Source of the DNA: a virus | Lineage: Duplodnaviria; Caudoviricetes | Strand: one strand, 5' to 3' | Virus record (IMG/VR): IMGVR_UViG_3300044259_000245 | Span: 1 to 37,170 of that record | DNA length: 37,170 bases | Part shown: positions 16,723 through 26,403 of the stretch, in pieces | Layout of the letters: every line of letters begins with the position of its first letter | Numbering within the stretch: position 1 is the stretch's first letter | Notes under the pieces: generated by a model | Database searches by the model: none | Told to the model about the DNA's origin: nothing | The model's input: the letters and a program-made list of their open reading frames with translations, nothing else | Program-made: the position numbers and the translations under genes

Positions 16723-17577
16723 ATGGCAAAGAAAGTTTCTAAGTGGTTCCGCGTTGGTGTCGAGGGTGACACCTGCGACGGTCGCGTGATTGACGCGAAC
16801 GATATTCAAAACATGGCGGAGACGTTCGATCCGCGCGTCTATGGTTGCCGCATCAACCTTGAACATCTGAAAGGCTTACTGCCTGACAGCCCGTTTCGTC
16901 GTTATGGCGATGTGGTCGAGCTAAAAGCCGAGACGATTGATGATGATTCAGCCCTAAAGGGCAAGCTGGCGCTGTTTGCCAAAATCACCCCGACCGACGA
17001 GCTGGTCACCCTGAATAAGGCCTCGCAAAAGGTCTATACCTCCATGGAGATCCAGCCCAATTTTGCCAACACAGGCAAAGCCTATCTGGTCGGTTTGGCG
17101 GTTACTGACGATCCAGCCAGCCTCGGTACGGAAATGCTGGAGTTCAGCGCCAAAGCTAAACACAACCCACTGGCAACCCGTAAATTTTCCCCGGAAAATC
17201 TTTTTTCTGTCGCCACCGAAGTGACGCTGGAGTTTGAAGATCTGCCGGACGTAGAGCCGACGCTGTTAACCCGCGTGAAAGCCTTGTTTGGCCGTAAACA
17301 ATCCAGCGACGACGCCCGTTTTAATGATGTGCATGAAGCCGTGGCCGAGGTCGCCGGACAGGTGCAGACCAATGCCGACAGCGTGGAGCAGCGCTTTACC
17401 CAGCTTGAGCAGCGCCAGCAGCAGGACGTTGCCACCCTGACACAGAAGCTGAGCGCCAGTGAGCAGCAGTTAAGCGACCTCAAAGCCACGCTGGACGGCA
17501 CAGAGAGCTTGTCGCAAAAACGCCGCCCCTCGGCAACAGGTGGTGACGGCGAAGCCTCGTTGCTGACCAACTGCTAA
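16723..17577 (+). CDS. O: Capsid scaffolding protein/protease (P2 gpO)
   Basis: FRVGVEGDTCDGR, INLEH, LAVTDDPASLGTE and C-terminal LTNC. Start ATG 16723. Confidence 0.96.
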   Translation: MAKKVSKWFRVGVEGDTCDGRVIDANDIQNMAETFDPRVYGCRINLEHLKGLLPDSPFRRYGDVVELKAETIDDDSALKGKLALFAKITPTDELVTLNKASQKVYTSMEIQPNFANTGKAYLVGLAVTDDPASLGTEMLEFSAKAKHNPLATRKFSPENLFSVATEVTLEFEDLPDVEPTLLTRVKALFGRKQSSDDARFNDVHEAVAEVAGQVQTNADSVEQRFTQLEQRQQQDVATLTQKLSASEQQLSDLKATLDGTESLSQKRRPSATGGDGEASLLTNC

Positions 17578-17626
17578 CCGGGGCGCTGACCCTCGATACC
17601 CTTTTTCGGAAAGAACAGGAAAAACA

Positions 17627-18742
17627 ATGCGTAAAGAAACCCGTTTTAAATTTAATGCCTACATGACCCAGCTTGCCGCACTGAATGGCGTTGAGGTGGA
17701 AACGCTGAGCAAGAAATTCAGCGTTGAGCCGTCCGTCACGCAGTCGCTGATGGAGGTGGTGCAAGAGTCCTCTGACTTCCTGACCCGCATCAACATCGTG
17801 CCGGTTGCCGAGCTGACCGGGGAAAAGATCGGCCTCGGCGTGTCCGGGTCAGTTGCCAGCACCACGGATACATCAAACGGTGACGAGCGTGAAACCGCCG
17901 ATTTAATGAGTCTGGAAGCACGCCAGTACAAGTGCGAACAGATGAACTTTGATTTCCATATCCGTTACAACACCCTTGACCTGTGGGCGCGTTTTCAGGA
18001 TTTCCAGTTGCGTTTACGCAATGCCATCGCCAAACGTCAATCGCTGGATTACATCATGGCCGGATGGCACGGCGTGAAGCGTGCGGCGACCTCTGACCGT
18101 GCTAAAAATCCGCTCTTGCAGGATGTGGCGGTGGGCTGGCTGCAAAAATACCGCAATGAATCTGCCAAACGTGTGATGAGTAAAGTCGTGGGCGAAGACG
18201 GCGCCGTGATTTCCAAGCAAATCCGCGTCGGTGAGAACGGCGATTATGCCAGCCTCGACGCCCTCGTGATGGATGCGACCAACACCATGATCGACGAATG
18301 GCATCAGGAAGACCCGGACTTGGTGGTGATTTGTGGCCGTCAGTTGCTTTCAGACAAATATTTCCCACTGGTCAACAAGCAGCAGGAAAACAGCGAAATA
18401 CTGGCCGCTGATGTGATTATCAGCCAGAAGCGTATCGGCAATCTGCCTGCCGTACGCGTGCCGTACTTTCCGGCCAATGCCCTGATGATCACCCGTCTGG
18501 ATAACCTGTCTATCTACTACATGGACGACAGCCACCGCCGCCACATTGAAGAGGTTGCCAAGCGTGACCGTATCGAAAACTACGAATCCATTAAACAGGA
18601 TTATGTCGTGGAAGATTACGGCTGTGGCTGCGTGATCGAAAACATCCAGCTCGGTAAGTTCCCGAAACCGCCGGAAGCAGAAAAGGCCGCTGAGCCTGCC
18701 GCGCCTGGTACTGAAAACCAAACCGATAACACCGGAGCCTAA
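17627..18742 (+). CDS. N: Major capsid protein (P2 gpN)
   Basis: MRKETRFKFNAY, FSVEPSVTQ and NPLLQDVAVGWLQKYR motifs. Confidence 0.97.
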   Translation: MRKETRFKFNAYMTQLAALNGVEVETLSKKFSVEPSVTQSLMEVVQESSDFLTRINIVPVAELTGEKIGLGVSGSVASTTDTSNGDERETADLMSLEARQYKCEQMNFDFHIRYNTLDLWARFQDFQLRLRNAIAKRQSLDYIMAGWHGVKRAATSDRAKNPLLQDVAVGWLQKYRNESAKRVMSKVVGEDGAVISKQIRVGENGDYASLDALVMDATNTMIDEWHQEDPDLVVICGRQLLSDKYFPLVNKQQENSEILAADVIISQKRIGNLPAVRVPYFPANALMITRLDNLSIYYMDDSHRRHIEEVAKRDRIENYESIKQDYVVEDYGCGCVIENIQLGKFPKPPEAEKAAEPAAPGTENQTDNTGA

Positions 18743-18744
18743 GC

Positions 18745-19404
18745 ATGTTAAGCCCCGCCCAGCGTCACATGATGCGAGTGTCGGCTGCCGAGGCGTCGCA
18801 GCGGGAGAATGATCCGCTGCGACAGGCCAACGGGTACGAGCAAATGCTGTTCCGGCTTGCGGCTGACAAACGCACGTTAAAACAGGTGCGCTCGATGGAG
18901 CGTAAAGCCGAAATGAAAAGCGGTCTGTTGCCCAGCTATGCGCCGTGGGTGGCGGGTGTGCTGGCAAACGGTCGCGGCGCACAGGATGCGGTATTGATGA
19001 CGGTCATGGTGTGGAAGCTTGATGCCGGGGATGTTCCCGGCGCGCTGGAGATTGCTCGTTATGCGCTCCAACACAAGCTGGTGATGCCAGAGGGCTATAC
19101 CCGTCCGACGCCGTACCTGTTAGCTGAGGAAGTCGCCGACGCCGCGACCCGCGCCCATACCGCCGGGCAGGTGGTCAACATTGACCTGTTGATTGACACG
19201 CTGACGCTCACCGATGCCGAAGACATGCCCGACCAAGTGCGCGCCAAGCTGCACAAAATCATCGGTCTGATCTTGCGCAGCGGCAAGCCTGATCACGCCC
19301 TGTTTCACCTGAAACGTGCCTTTCAGCTTGATAGCCGAAGCGGTGTGAAAAAAGACATAGAGCGGCTGGAAACAGCGCTGCGTAAAGCAGCGACCAACCG
19401 TTAA
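18745..19404 (+). CDS. M: Terminase small subunit (P2 gpM)
   Basis: SPAQRH…, RAKLHK and GVKKDIERLE motifs. Confidence 0.95.
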   Translation: MLSPAQRHMMRVSAAEASQRENDPLRQANGYEQMLFRLAADKRTLKQVRSMERKAEMKSGLLPSYAPWVAGVLANGRGAQDAVLMTVMVWKLDAGDVPGALEIARYALQHKLVMPEGYTRPTPYLLAEEVADAATRAHTAGQVVNIDLLIDTLTLTDAEDMPDQVRAKLHKIIGLILRSGKPDHALFHLKRAFQLDSRSGVKKDIERLETALRKAATNR

Positions 19405-19495
19405 CCCAACGCGCCCCGCGCCGGGCGGCACACAGGCCGGAACAGTTCACTGTTTTCTGTGCCTGTGTCCACCGCCCACCTATTCAGAGGTTGTC

Positions 19496-19999
19496 ATGAC
19501 GACAATGATTTTCCCCGCGAAAGCGGAGCCACGCCCGGATGCGGTGGTTATTCCTGTGCCTGCGCAACAGGATGCGGTAATCAAAAACACGTTCTTCTGG
19601 CCGGATGTAGAGCCGGGAACCCTGCGTGTACTGATGCGCCTTGAGAACACCGTCACGCCGGAGCGCCTGCGCCATGCGGCGTTAACCGCGATTGCCGAGG
19701 TCAACGCCGAGCTGTTCGAGTACCGAAAAACGCAATGGGCGGCAGGGTTTACCACGCTGGACGCCGTTCCCGCCGAGCAGCTCGACGGCCAGAGCGAAAA
19801 GCATCATCACTATCTGCGTGCGGTCAGCTCGATTACCACGGCGACGCTGTACGAGCGTTACCGGGGCTATGACGCCAGCGCCAAAGGTGACCGCAAGGCC
19901 GACGCACTCGACGGCACGATTGATGAGCTGTGGCGCGATGCGTGCTGGGCAATCAGTCAGTTGCAGGATGCGCCCCGCTGCATCATCGGGCATATCTGA
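19496..19999 (+). CDS. L: Head completion protein (P2 gpL)
   Basis: IKNTFFWPD, VTPERLR and LWRDACWAIS motifs; synteny. Confidence 0.93.
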   Translation: MTTMIFPAKAEPRPDAVVIPVPAQQDAVIKNTFFWPDVEPGTLRVLMRLENTVTPERLRHAALTAIAEVNAELFEYRKTQWAAGFTTLDAVPAEQLDGQSEKHHHYLRAVSSITTATLYERYRGYDASAKGDRKADALDGTIDELWRDACWAISQLQDAPRCIIGHI

Positions 20000-20202
20000 T
20001 GAACGTGATCGCACAGCAGGGCGACACGCTGGACGCCCTCTGTTATCGCCATTACGGGCGCACGCAGGGCGCGGTTGAGGCGGTGTTAGCCGCTAATCCG
20101 GGATTAGCTGAATTCGGGGCAATCCTGCCCCACGGCACGGCGATCTCGCTGCCGGATATTTCGGCCGCACCCGTGCGTCAATCTGTTCAGTTATGGGAGT
20201 GA
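19999..20202 (+). CDS. X: Tail protein X (LysM-like)
   Basis: AQQGDTLDALCYRHYGRT…ANPGLA…VQLWE. Start ATG 19999. Confidence 0.95.
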   Translation: MNVIAQQGDTLDALCYRHYGRTQGAVEAVLAANPGLAEFGAILPHGTAISLPDISAAPVRQSVQLWE

Positions 20203-20204
20203 AC

Positions 20205-20498
20205 ATGAACGAACCCGATAAAAGTATTTTGTCCTTATTCCTGATCGGCGCGCTGATTGTTGTCGGCAAAGTGCTGGCAGGCGGTGAGCCTGTCACGCTG
20301 CGCCTGTTTGTTGGCCGTATTCTGCTGGGTGGTTTTGTCTCGATGGTCGCGGGTGTGGCACTGGTGCAATTTCCCGATCTGCCCCCTGTTGCCGTCAATG
20401 GCATCAGTGCTGCATTGGGGATCGCAGGCTATCAGGCAATTGAGCTGCTGATTAAAAACCAACTGGATAAAAGGAAAAAAGACCATGGCGACCAGTAA
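20205..20498 (+). CDS. Holin
   Basis: Small protein with about three TM segments and a basic C-terminus, immediately before the endolysin. Confidence 0.88.
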   Translation: MNEPDKSILSLFLIGALIVVGKVLAGGEPVTLRLFVGRILLGGFVSMVAGVALVQFPDLPPVAVNGISAALGIAGYQAIELLIKNQLDKRKKDHGDQ

Positions 20499-20973
20499 AA
20501 ACCTGACGGCCTTTCTGGATATGCTGGCATTTTCCGAGGGAACGGCCACGCACCCGTTAACGCGCAATCACGGCTATGACGTCATCGTCACCGGGATGGA
20601 TGGCAAGCCGGAGGTGTTCACCGACTACCGCGATCCCCCCTTTGCGGCGGGTCGTCCGGCGAAAGTGTTTAACCGCCGGGGTGAGAAGTCCACGGCATCC
20701 GGGCGCTATCAACAGCTTTATCTGTTCTGGCCGCATTATCAGCAACGCCTGAAGCTGCCGGACTTTAGCCCGGCATCACAGGACGCTCTGGCCGTGCAGT
20801 TAATCAACGAGCGCCGGGCGTTAGCGGATATCGAACGCGGCGACATTGAACGGGCGATTTCCAAGTGCCGGAATATCTGGGCATCACTGCCGGGTGCAGG
20901 TTACGGCCAGCGTGAACACAGCCTTGATAAGCTGCTTCAGGTGTACCAGCAGGCCGGAGGTGCGCTGGCATGA
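20485..20973 (+). CDS. Endolysin, lambda-R-like lytic transglycosylase (P2 gpK-like)
   Basis: AFLDMLAFSEGT, STASGRYQ, DFSPASQD and IWASLPGAGYGQ motifs. Confidence 0.95.
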   Translation: MATSKNLTAFLDMLAFSEGTATHPLTRNHGYDVIVTGMDGKPEVFTDYRDPPFAAGRPAKVFNRRGEKSTASGRYQQLYLFWPHYQQRLKLPDFSPASQDALAVQLINERRALADIERGDIERAISKCRNIWASLPGAGYGQREHSLDKLLQVYQQAGGALA

Positions 20974-21416
20974 TGAACCCGTGGGTGAAATTTATGGGGC
21001 TGGTCATCGTCTGCTTGCTCGGCCTGATGGCCGTCAATAAATGGCAACTGTTCCGCGCTGAGCGTTCATTACGCCAGCAGAGCATCACCCTAACCCAACA
21101 AAAAGACGCGCTGCTGGCGCAGTCTGCCGCCATCGGGACGTTACAGGACAACGCTCGGCGCAACGAACAGGCACAGGCGGAACTCCGCACGAAACTGTCA
21201 CAGGCCGGGCAACTGGCCGCTGGGCGCGAACGTACACTAACGAGGTTGCTTAATGAAAACGCCGATTTACGCCGCTGGTACAGCGCTAATTTGCCTGACG
21301 ATGTTAAGCGGTTGCACCGTCGCCCCGCCTTTGACAACCCCGACGCTTATTTACGTTGGCTGTCCGAAAGTAACGAGCTGCCCGATACCGGGCAACACCC
21401 CGGAAACGAACGGTGA
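20970..21416 (+). CDS. lysB: LysB / Rz-like inner-membrane spanin
   Basis: N-terminal TM, coiled coil, LLNENADLRRW…LPDDVKRL. Confidence 0.9.
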   Translation: MMNPWVKFMGLVIVCLLGLMAVNKWQLFRAERSLRQQSITLTQQKDALLAQSAAIGTLQDNARRNEQAQAELRTKLSQAGQLAAGRERTLTRLLNENADLRRWYSANLPDDVKRLHRRPAFDNPDAYLRWLSESNELPDTGQHPGNER

Positions 21417-21543
21417 CTTAAGCGCCGATAACCGCCAGTTAGAAGGCGCGCTGGTGAGCTGTGCGCTACAGGTCGAAACCATCAAACACTGTCAGGAGCA
21501 ACACGATGCTGAAACCCAACAGCTTGCGCAGCGCCTTAAGTGA
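21253..21543 (+). CDS. lysC: LysC / Rz1-like outer-membrane spanin lipoprotein
   Basis: Overlaps lysB in another frame. Lipobox LSGC, CPKVTSC and CALQVETIKHCQ. Confidence 0.85.
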   Translation: MKTPIYAAGTALICLTMLSGCTVAPPLTTPTLIYVGCPKVTSCPIPGNTPETNGDLSADNRQLEGALVSCALQVETIKHCQEQHDAETQQLAQRLK

Positions 21544-21961
21544 CGCGGTGCCGGTACTGAAAAACAACCCGGACATGCTGCATGTCTTTATCGACAGTGG
21601 CGCGGTGGTGTCCACGCTGGCCGCGTCGCTGTCGTTTGAGAATCAGTACACGCTGAATCTGGTTATCACGGATTTTACTGACGATATCGACTGGTTATTA
21701 GTGCCGATTCAGGCGTGGGTACGTGAAAATCAGCCGGATATCGGCCATGACCGTAAGGGCTTTACCTATCTGGCTGACATTAATGATAACGGTAGCTGTG
21801 ATATCAGTATCAGCCTGAAACTCACTGAGCGTGTGATCGTCAAAGAGGTAGACAAGGCATTGCATGTGACCCACGCGCCAGAGCCGCCGTTACCTGTTCC
21901 CGTAGCGCGCCCGGATTCCATGTATATCAACGGTGAATTAGTGAGTCAGTGGCATGAATGA
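21506..21961 (+). CDS. R: Tail completion protein (P2 gpR)
   Basis: MLKPNSLR…, WVRENQPD and LKLTERVIV motifs. Confidence 0.93.
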   Translation: MLKPNSLRSALSDAVPVLKNNPDMLHVFIDSGAVVSTLAASLSFENQYTLNLVITDFTDDIDWLLVPIQAWVRENQPDIGHDRKGFTYLADINDNGSCDISISLKLTERVIVKEVDKALHVTHAPEPPLPVPVARPDSMYINGELVSQWHE

Positions 21962-22403
21962 GCTGAAACCGTTTGACGACAAGCTCGCCGGGCTGCTTGC
22001 CAGCCTGTCGGCGTCAGGCCGTCGAAAACTGGCCGGAACGGTGGCAAAAGCCCTGCGCGGTAGCCAACAACAGCACATCAAAGCGCAGACAGCCCCAGAC
22101 GGCACAGCCTATGCCCCGCGCAAAGCCCAGCCAATCAAGGGCAAGAAAGGCCGGGTTAAGCACCAGATGTTCCAGAAACTGCGTACCGCTAAATATCTGA
22201 AGGCCAAAGGCACCGCCGATGCGGCCAGCGTAGAATTTATCGGACGGGTGCAGCGTATGGCGCGAGTGCATCACTACGGTTTACGTGATCGACCTAGCCG
22301 TAACGGTGGCGACGTGCAGTATGAGGCAAGGCCGCTGCTGGGGTTCAGCGATCGGGAGATAAAAGAGGTTGAAGGATTGGTGATGGAGCATTTAAGTAGA
22401 TAA
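21954..22403 (+). CDS. S: Tail completion / virion morphogenesis protein (P2 gpS)
   Basis: PDGTAYAPRK, ARVHHYGLRD and RPLLG motifs. Confidence 0.93.
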   Translation: MNELKPFDDKLAGLLASLSASGRRKLAGTVAKALRGSQQQHIKAQTAPDGTAYAPRKAQPIKGKKGRVKHQMFQKLRTAKYLKAKGTADAASVEFIGRVQRMARVHHYGLRDRPSRNGGDVQYEARPLLGFSDREIKEVEGLVMEHLSR

Positions 22404-22552
22404 AACGGTTGATTTTACCTGACAGTTTCCGCTATGGTTCGCTCCACGAGGCGTCGAAACCTCTCCATTAGCGGTCAGAACCAACCCCGAAAGTGTTGGC
22501 TTTTTTATGCCTGTCATTCAGTGAACGCATTGCGCGGTCACACCCCGATCAA

Positions 22553-22632
22553 TGTCGGGAGGGCGACGAATACAACACCCGCAAGGGGAATTAGTCCGCG
22601 GTATCTTTTGGGCCGTTTCGAACCTCCCGGCA
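22553..22632 (+). ncRNA. C4-like antisense RNA (P1 c4 / P4 CI type)
   Basis: Closing stem TGTCGGGAGG…CCTCCCGGCA and internal CCC-GCAA-GGG hairpin. Segments TCTTTTGG and TTTCGAA are complementary to targets at 22662-22669 and 22651-22657. Confidence 0.7.
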
Positions 22633-22677
22633 CCACTCCGTTAGTGGTACTTCGAAAAAATCCAAAAGAGGTCAGCC

Positions 22678-23310
22678 ATGACTAACCAACTATCTGTAGA
22701 AAGCCTTTCTGTTGTCACTCACAACAATATTCCCGTCGTTACTACTGAACTCTTAGCCCAGCTTTACGGTTCAAAACCTAAAAACATTTCTGACAACTAC
22801 CTCAACAATGCACAGCGCTTTGTTTGTGGTAAGCATTATTTCAAGATAACCAATTCAGAATTAAAAGAATTTAAGAACAGACCCGATTTAAACGGGTTAG
22901 TCGGTAAACGTGCCCGCAGCCTCATCCTCTGGACGGAACGCGGCGCAGCCCGTCACGCCAAGATGCTGGAAACAGATCAGGCGTGGGATGTGTTCGAGAA
23001 GCTGGAAGAATGCTACTTCAACCCGCAGGCAAAAGCCGTTCAGCCACTACCGCAAAAGCCCGTTCACCCTTGCGAACTGGAATTTTATATTCCTGAGACG
23101 CCGCTTATCTTCAACCATATCCAAACTTCGCAACTGAATGCGTTATTCAAATCGGTGGAATATCTGACCATGGATTTTTGGCCGCATATGCAAGCACTAT
23201 TCCCGACACTGGATTGCAAACACGGTTCAGCGGTTAATACTGTGAATTTGTTGATGCGATTGTTGAAGGATAAGCGCGCAGAGTGTGATGAACTGAGTAA
23301 GCAGAACTGA
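22678..23310 (+). CDS. ORF6N-domain antirepressor-like protein
   Basis: VVTTELLAQLYG…RFVCGKHYF…LWTERGAARHAKMLETDQAWDVFEKLEECYF. Confidence 0.88.
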   Translation: MTNQLSVESLSVVTHNNIPVVTTELLAQLYGSKPKNISDNYLNNAQRFVCGKHYFKITNSELKEFKNRPDLNGLVGKRARSLILWTERGAARHAKMLETDQAWDVFEKLEECYFNPQAKAVQPLPQKPVHPCELEFYIPETPLIFNHIQTSQLNALFKSVEYLTMDFWPHMQALFPTLDCKHGSAVNTVNLLMRLLKDKRAECDELSKQN

Positions 23311-23324
23311 TTTACAGATAACCC

Positions 23325-23344
23325 GCCCCGCTTTGTAGCGGGGC
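23325..23344. terminator. Hairpin between convergent genes
   Basis: GCCCCGCT-ttgt-AGCGGGGC. Weak U tails. Confidence 0.5.
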
Positions 23345-23351
23345 TACGCAT

Positions 23352-24416
23352 TTATTTTCTTTTCACAACTTCAATCAATTTCGCTATTTGCTCAATCCCG
23401 TCAAATGTTGAAGGGATTTTATCTTCTGATGGCATGATGTTTGAAAAAATTATTGTTTCAAATTTCTCTAGTGAAGATCCATCATTAGCCTTCATTTCCT
23501 TTGCATACTCAGAGTATTTTTGAATGAATGTACACAAAGCCTTTCTTAGTTCTATCTGAACAACTTGTGATTTAATGGATTGGTAATTTGACAATGAAAT
23601 TCGAAAGTAATAAACAAAAATAAACGTCAATGCGAAAGTGGGGATTAATGCGACACTGAAAGCATCAAACCAAGTGCTATTACTGTTCTCCATTAGCACA
23701 ATGACTTCAAACATTAAAGGGAGTACTGTTAAAAGGCCAAATAGCCTAGTGTTGAATAAAGCGGCTTTAGCCTCTACACGTTTAGCCCGCGACAGATTAT
23801 GAAAACCTTTATGTAAACCAACAAAGTTATAAGCCGTTTCTTGTTCATCAAGCTTTGTTTGTAATGCTTCAACTTTTCCTATTTGTGTTCCTAGTTTTCC
23901 ATCCCATTTCTCGATACGCTCTTTAATTAGTCGTTCAGATTCAGCGGCTTTTTTGAAGCATTGAATATCTTCCCCATGATATTCATTACGGAGTAATTCA
24001 AAAAGCATGATGTTAAGAGAGTAGTTAATTACATCTCTAGATGAGTAAGTAAAGCGTTCTAAATTTTTAACAACAAACAATTTAACATCAGTAAGGTGAT
24101 TAAAACTACTAGCTTGCTTGAAAAGCCTTTCCATCAAGAAGCAAAAAGCAACAGAAAAAAAATAATTTAAATCATCATCGTTTCTTGGTTTTTCTTTTAG
24201 CAAATTAAATAATGAATCCGACCGAATTTTTAAATTATAAGATGCGTATTCATCCCATGCAGTTGGGTTATTCATCATGTCATTTAACAGAGTTTTTAAG
24301 TGTTCATACCTTAGCTTTTCAAAATCTGAACTAATGCCACTATTTTTTTCTTTTAAATAAGCAAGGGTGCTATTAATTTCATTTTTCACATTATTTGAAG
24401 CAAAGAACTCTGCCAT
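23352..24416 (-). CDS. AT-rich moron: coiled-coil plus two-TM membrane protein
   Basis: Reverse-oriented ORF between S and V (the P2 orf30 slot). Probable start MAEFF at 24416. Two hydrophobic helices near the C-terminus. Confidence 0.8.
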   Translation of the reverse strand: MAEFFASNNVKNEINSTLAYLKEKNSGISSDFEKLRYEHLKTLLNDMMNNPTAWDEYASYNLKIRSDSLFNLLKEKPRNDDDLNYFFSVAFCFLMERLFKQASSFNHLTDVKLFVVKNLERFTYSSRDVINYSLNIMLFELLRNEYHGEDIQCFKKAAESERLIKERIEKWDGKLGTQIGKVEALQTKLDEQETAYNFVGLHKGFHNLSRAKRVEAKAALFNTRLFGLLTVLPLMFEVIVLMENSNSTWFDAFSVALIPTFALTFIFVYYFRISLSNYQSIKSQVVQIELRKALCTFIQKYSEYAKEMKANDGSSLEKFETIIFSNIMPSEDKIPSTFDGIEQIAKLIEVVKRK

Positions 24417-24449
24417 ATTAAATATATCCGTCGAGTAAATCAGTATTGT

Positions 24450-24467
24450 TGTTCCAATCATGGAACA
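24450..24467 (+). promoter_or_regulatory. Ogr-binding dyad of late promoter pV
   Basis: TGT-tccaatcatgga-ACA is an exact TGT-N12-ACA upstream of V. Confidence 0.7.
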
Positions 24468-24513
24468 ACGCTAAAGGTTTGTGTGAATCGTTCGAAGTAT
24501 CCACCATGAAGCG

Positions 24514-25149
24514 ATGAAAACACAAGCCACCCTTACCGAACTCCAGCGCTTACTGCGCAATATGATCCGTGTCGGCGTCGTGACCCACGTCAACACAGCG
24601 GACGTCCTGTGCCGGGTACAAACCGGAGAAATGACCACAGGCTGGCTGAACTGGTTAACCCGCCGTGCCGGACGTTCCCGCGACTGGTGGGCACCGTCCA
24701 TCGGTGAGCAGGTGTTGATCCTGTCCATCGGCGGCGAACTGGACACCGCCTTTGTGCTGCCCGGCATCTATTCCGATGACAACCCCGCGCCGTCGGCGTC
24801 TGCCGATGCGTATCACGTCAGCTTTCCCGATGGTGCGATTATCGAGTACGAACCCGCCACCGGGGCGCTGACCGTCAGCGGGATTAAAACCGCCGATATC
24901 ACCGCGTCTGAATCCATTACTGCCACGGTGCCGCTGGTCACTGTGAGGGCGTCAACACGTATCACGCTGGACACGCCCGAAGTGGTCTGCACCAACAAGC
25001 TGATCACCGGAACGCTGGAGGTGAAACAAGGCGGCACGATGAGCGGCAACATAGAGCATTCCGGCGGGTCGCTGTCGTCCAATGGCAAAGTGTTGCACAC
25101 CCATAAACACCCCGGCGACAGCGGCGGCATAACGGGTGCGCCACTATGA
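24514..25149 (+). CDS. V: Baseplate spike protein (P2 gpV)
   Basis: WWAPSIGEQV and C-terminal HTHKHPGDSGG. Confidence 0.96.
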   Translation: MKTQATLTELQRLLRNMIRVGVVTHVNTADVLCRVQTGEMTTGWLNWLTRRAGRSRDWWAPSIGEQVLILSIGGELDTAFVLPGIYSDDNPAPSASADAYHVSFPDGAIIEYEPATGALTVSGIKTADITASESITATVPLVTVRASTRITLDTPEVVCTNKLITGTLEVKQGGTMSGNIEHSGGSLSSNGKVLHTHKHPGDSGGITGAPL

Positions 25150-25490
25150 CCGCGCGTTACCTCGGTATGAGCCGTGACAGCGGTCAGCCCCTCGGTGATA
25201 TCGAACACATTCGCCAGAGCGTGCGCGATATTCTCATCACGCCCGTCGGGTCGCGGGTGATGCGCCGGGATTATGGTTCACTGCTGTCAGCGCTGATCGA
25301 CCAGCCACAAAACTCCGCCGTGAAATTGCAGGTCATGGCGGCGTGTTACATGGCGCTGCTGCGCTGGGAACCACGCATCACGCTGACGGCCATCAACCTG
25401 ACCAGCACATTCGACGGCAAGCTGGCCGTTGATATTACGGGCGCGCTGGCTGACAGCAACGCCTTTTTCCTTTCCGTTCCTGTGAGCTGA
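25146..25490 (+). CDS. W: Baseplate protein (P2 gpW, gp25-like)
   Basis: HIRQSVRDILITPVGSRVMRRDYGS and RWEPRI motifs. Confidence 0.96.
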   Translation: MTARYLGMSRDSGQPLGDIEHIRQSVRDILITPVGSRVMRRDYGSLLSALIDQPQNSAVKLQVMAACYMALLRWEPRITLTAINLTSTFDGKLAVDITGALADSNAFFLSVPVS

Positions 25491-25494
25491 CACG

Positions 25495-26403
25495 ATGGCG
25501 ATGATTGATTTAAGCCAGCTTCCCGCGCCTGCCGTGGTGGAAGAACTGGACTACGAGGCGATTTACACCGAGCGCAAAGCCATGCTGTTGTCGCTCTACC
25601 CGGAAGACCAACGCGCCGCCGTTGCCCGCACGCTGATGCTGGAATCCGATCCGCTCGTCAAGCTGTTACAGGAAAACGCCTACCGTGAATTGCTGTGGCG
25701 CCAGCGCGTCAATGAAGCGGCACGCGCCGTGATGGTGGCGTTTGCGCAGGGTGATGACCTCGACCAGCTCGGCGCGAATTTCAGCGTGTCCCGTCTGGTT
25801 ATCACCCCGGCGGACGATTCGACGCTACCGCCCACGCCTGCCCTGATGGAATCCGACAGCGATTTACGTCTACGCACTCAGCAGTCTTTCGAGGGCTTAA
25901 GCGTTGCCGGGTCGGTCGGTGCCTATCAGTACCACGGACGCAGCGCCGACGGGCGTGTGGCGGATGTGTCGGTTATCAGCCCCAGCCCGGCCAGCGTTAC
26001 GGTGTCGGTACTGTCTCGCGAGGGCGACGGCAGCGCCAGCCCGGAGCTGGTCGCCATCGTGGCCGCCGCGCTGAACGGCGAAGACGTGCGCCCGGTAGCT
26101 GACCGGGTCACGGTACAGTCTGCCGCCATTGTGCCGTATGAGATTGACGCCACGCTGTACCTGTATCCGGGACCGGAAAAAGAGCCTGTTCGCGCTGCGG
26201 CCGAGCAGAAGCTGAAAGCCTACATCAGTGCGCAGCACCGATTAGGGCGGGATATTCGTCGCTCGGCGATTTACGCTGCGCTGCACGTCGAGGGCGTGCA
26301 ACGGGTCGAGCTGACGACACCCGCCGCCGATATCGTGCTGACCGACGCGCAGGCGTCCTACTGTTCCGGCTATCGGCTGGGTGTAGGTGGTGCCGATGAG
26401 TGA
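25495..26403 (+). CDS. J: Baseplate assembly protein (P2 gpJ)
   Basis: IDLSQLPAP, LSVAG and VRPVADRVTVQSA motifs. Confidence 0.96.
   Translation: MAMIDLSQLPAPAVVEELDYEAIYTERKAMLLSLYPEDQRAAVARTLMLESDPLVKLLQENAYRELLWRQRVNEAARAVMVAFAQGDDLDQLGANFSVSRLVITPADDSTLPPTPALMESDSDLRLRTQQSFEGLSVAGSVGAYQYHGRSADGRVADVSVISPSPASVTVSVLSREGDGSASPELVAIVAAALNGEDVRPVADRVTVQSAAIVPYEIDATLYLYPGPEKEPVRAAAEQKLKAYISAQHRLGRDIRRSAIYAALHVEGVQRVELTTPAADIVLTDAQASYCSGYRLGVGGADE

Noticed and set aside
18660-18742. Pro/Ala/Glu-rich C-terminal tail on the capsid protein
   Set aside because: Variable low-complexity tails are ordinary in P2-family capsid proteins.
22434-22685. 83-aa ORF upstream of the antirepressor (Ash/Icd-like position)
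   Set aside because: Its ATG overlaps the putative -10 and lacks an RBS. The region is better explained as leader plus C4-like RNA, though a short translated leader cannot be excluded.
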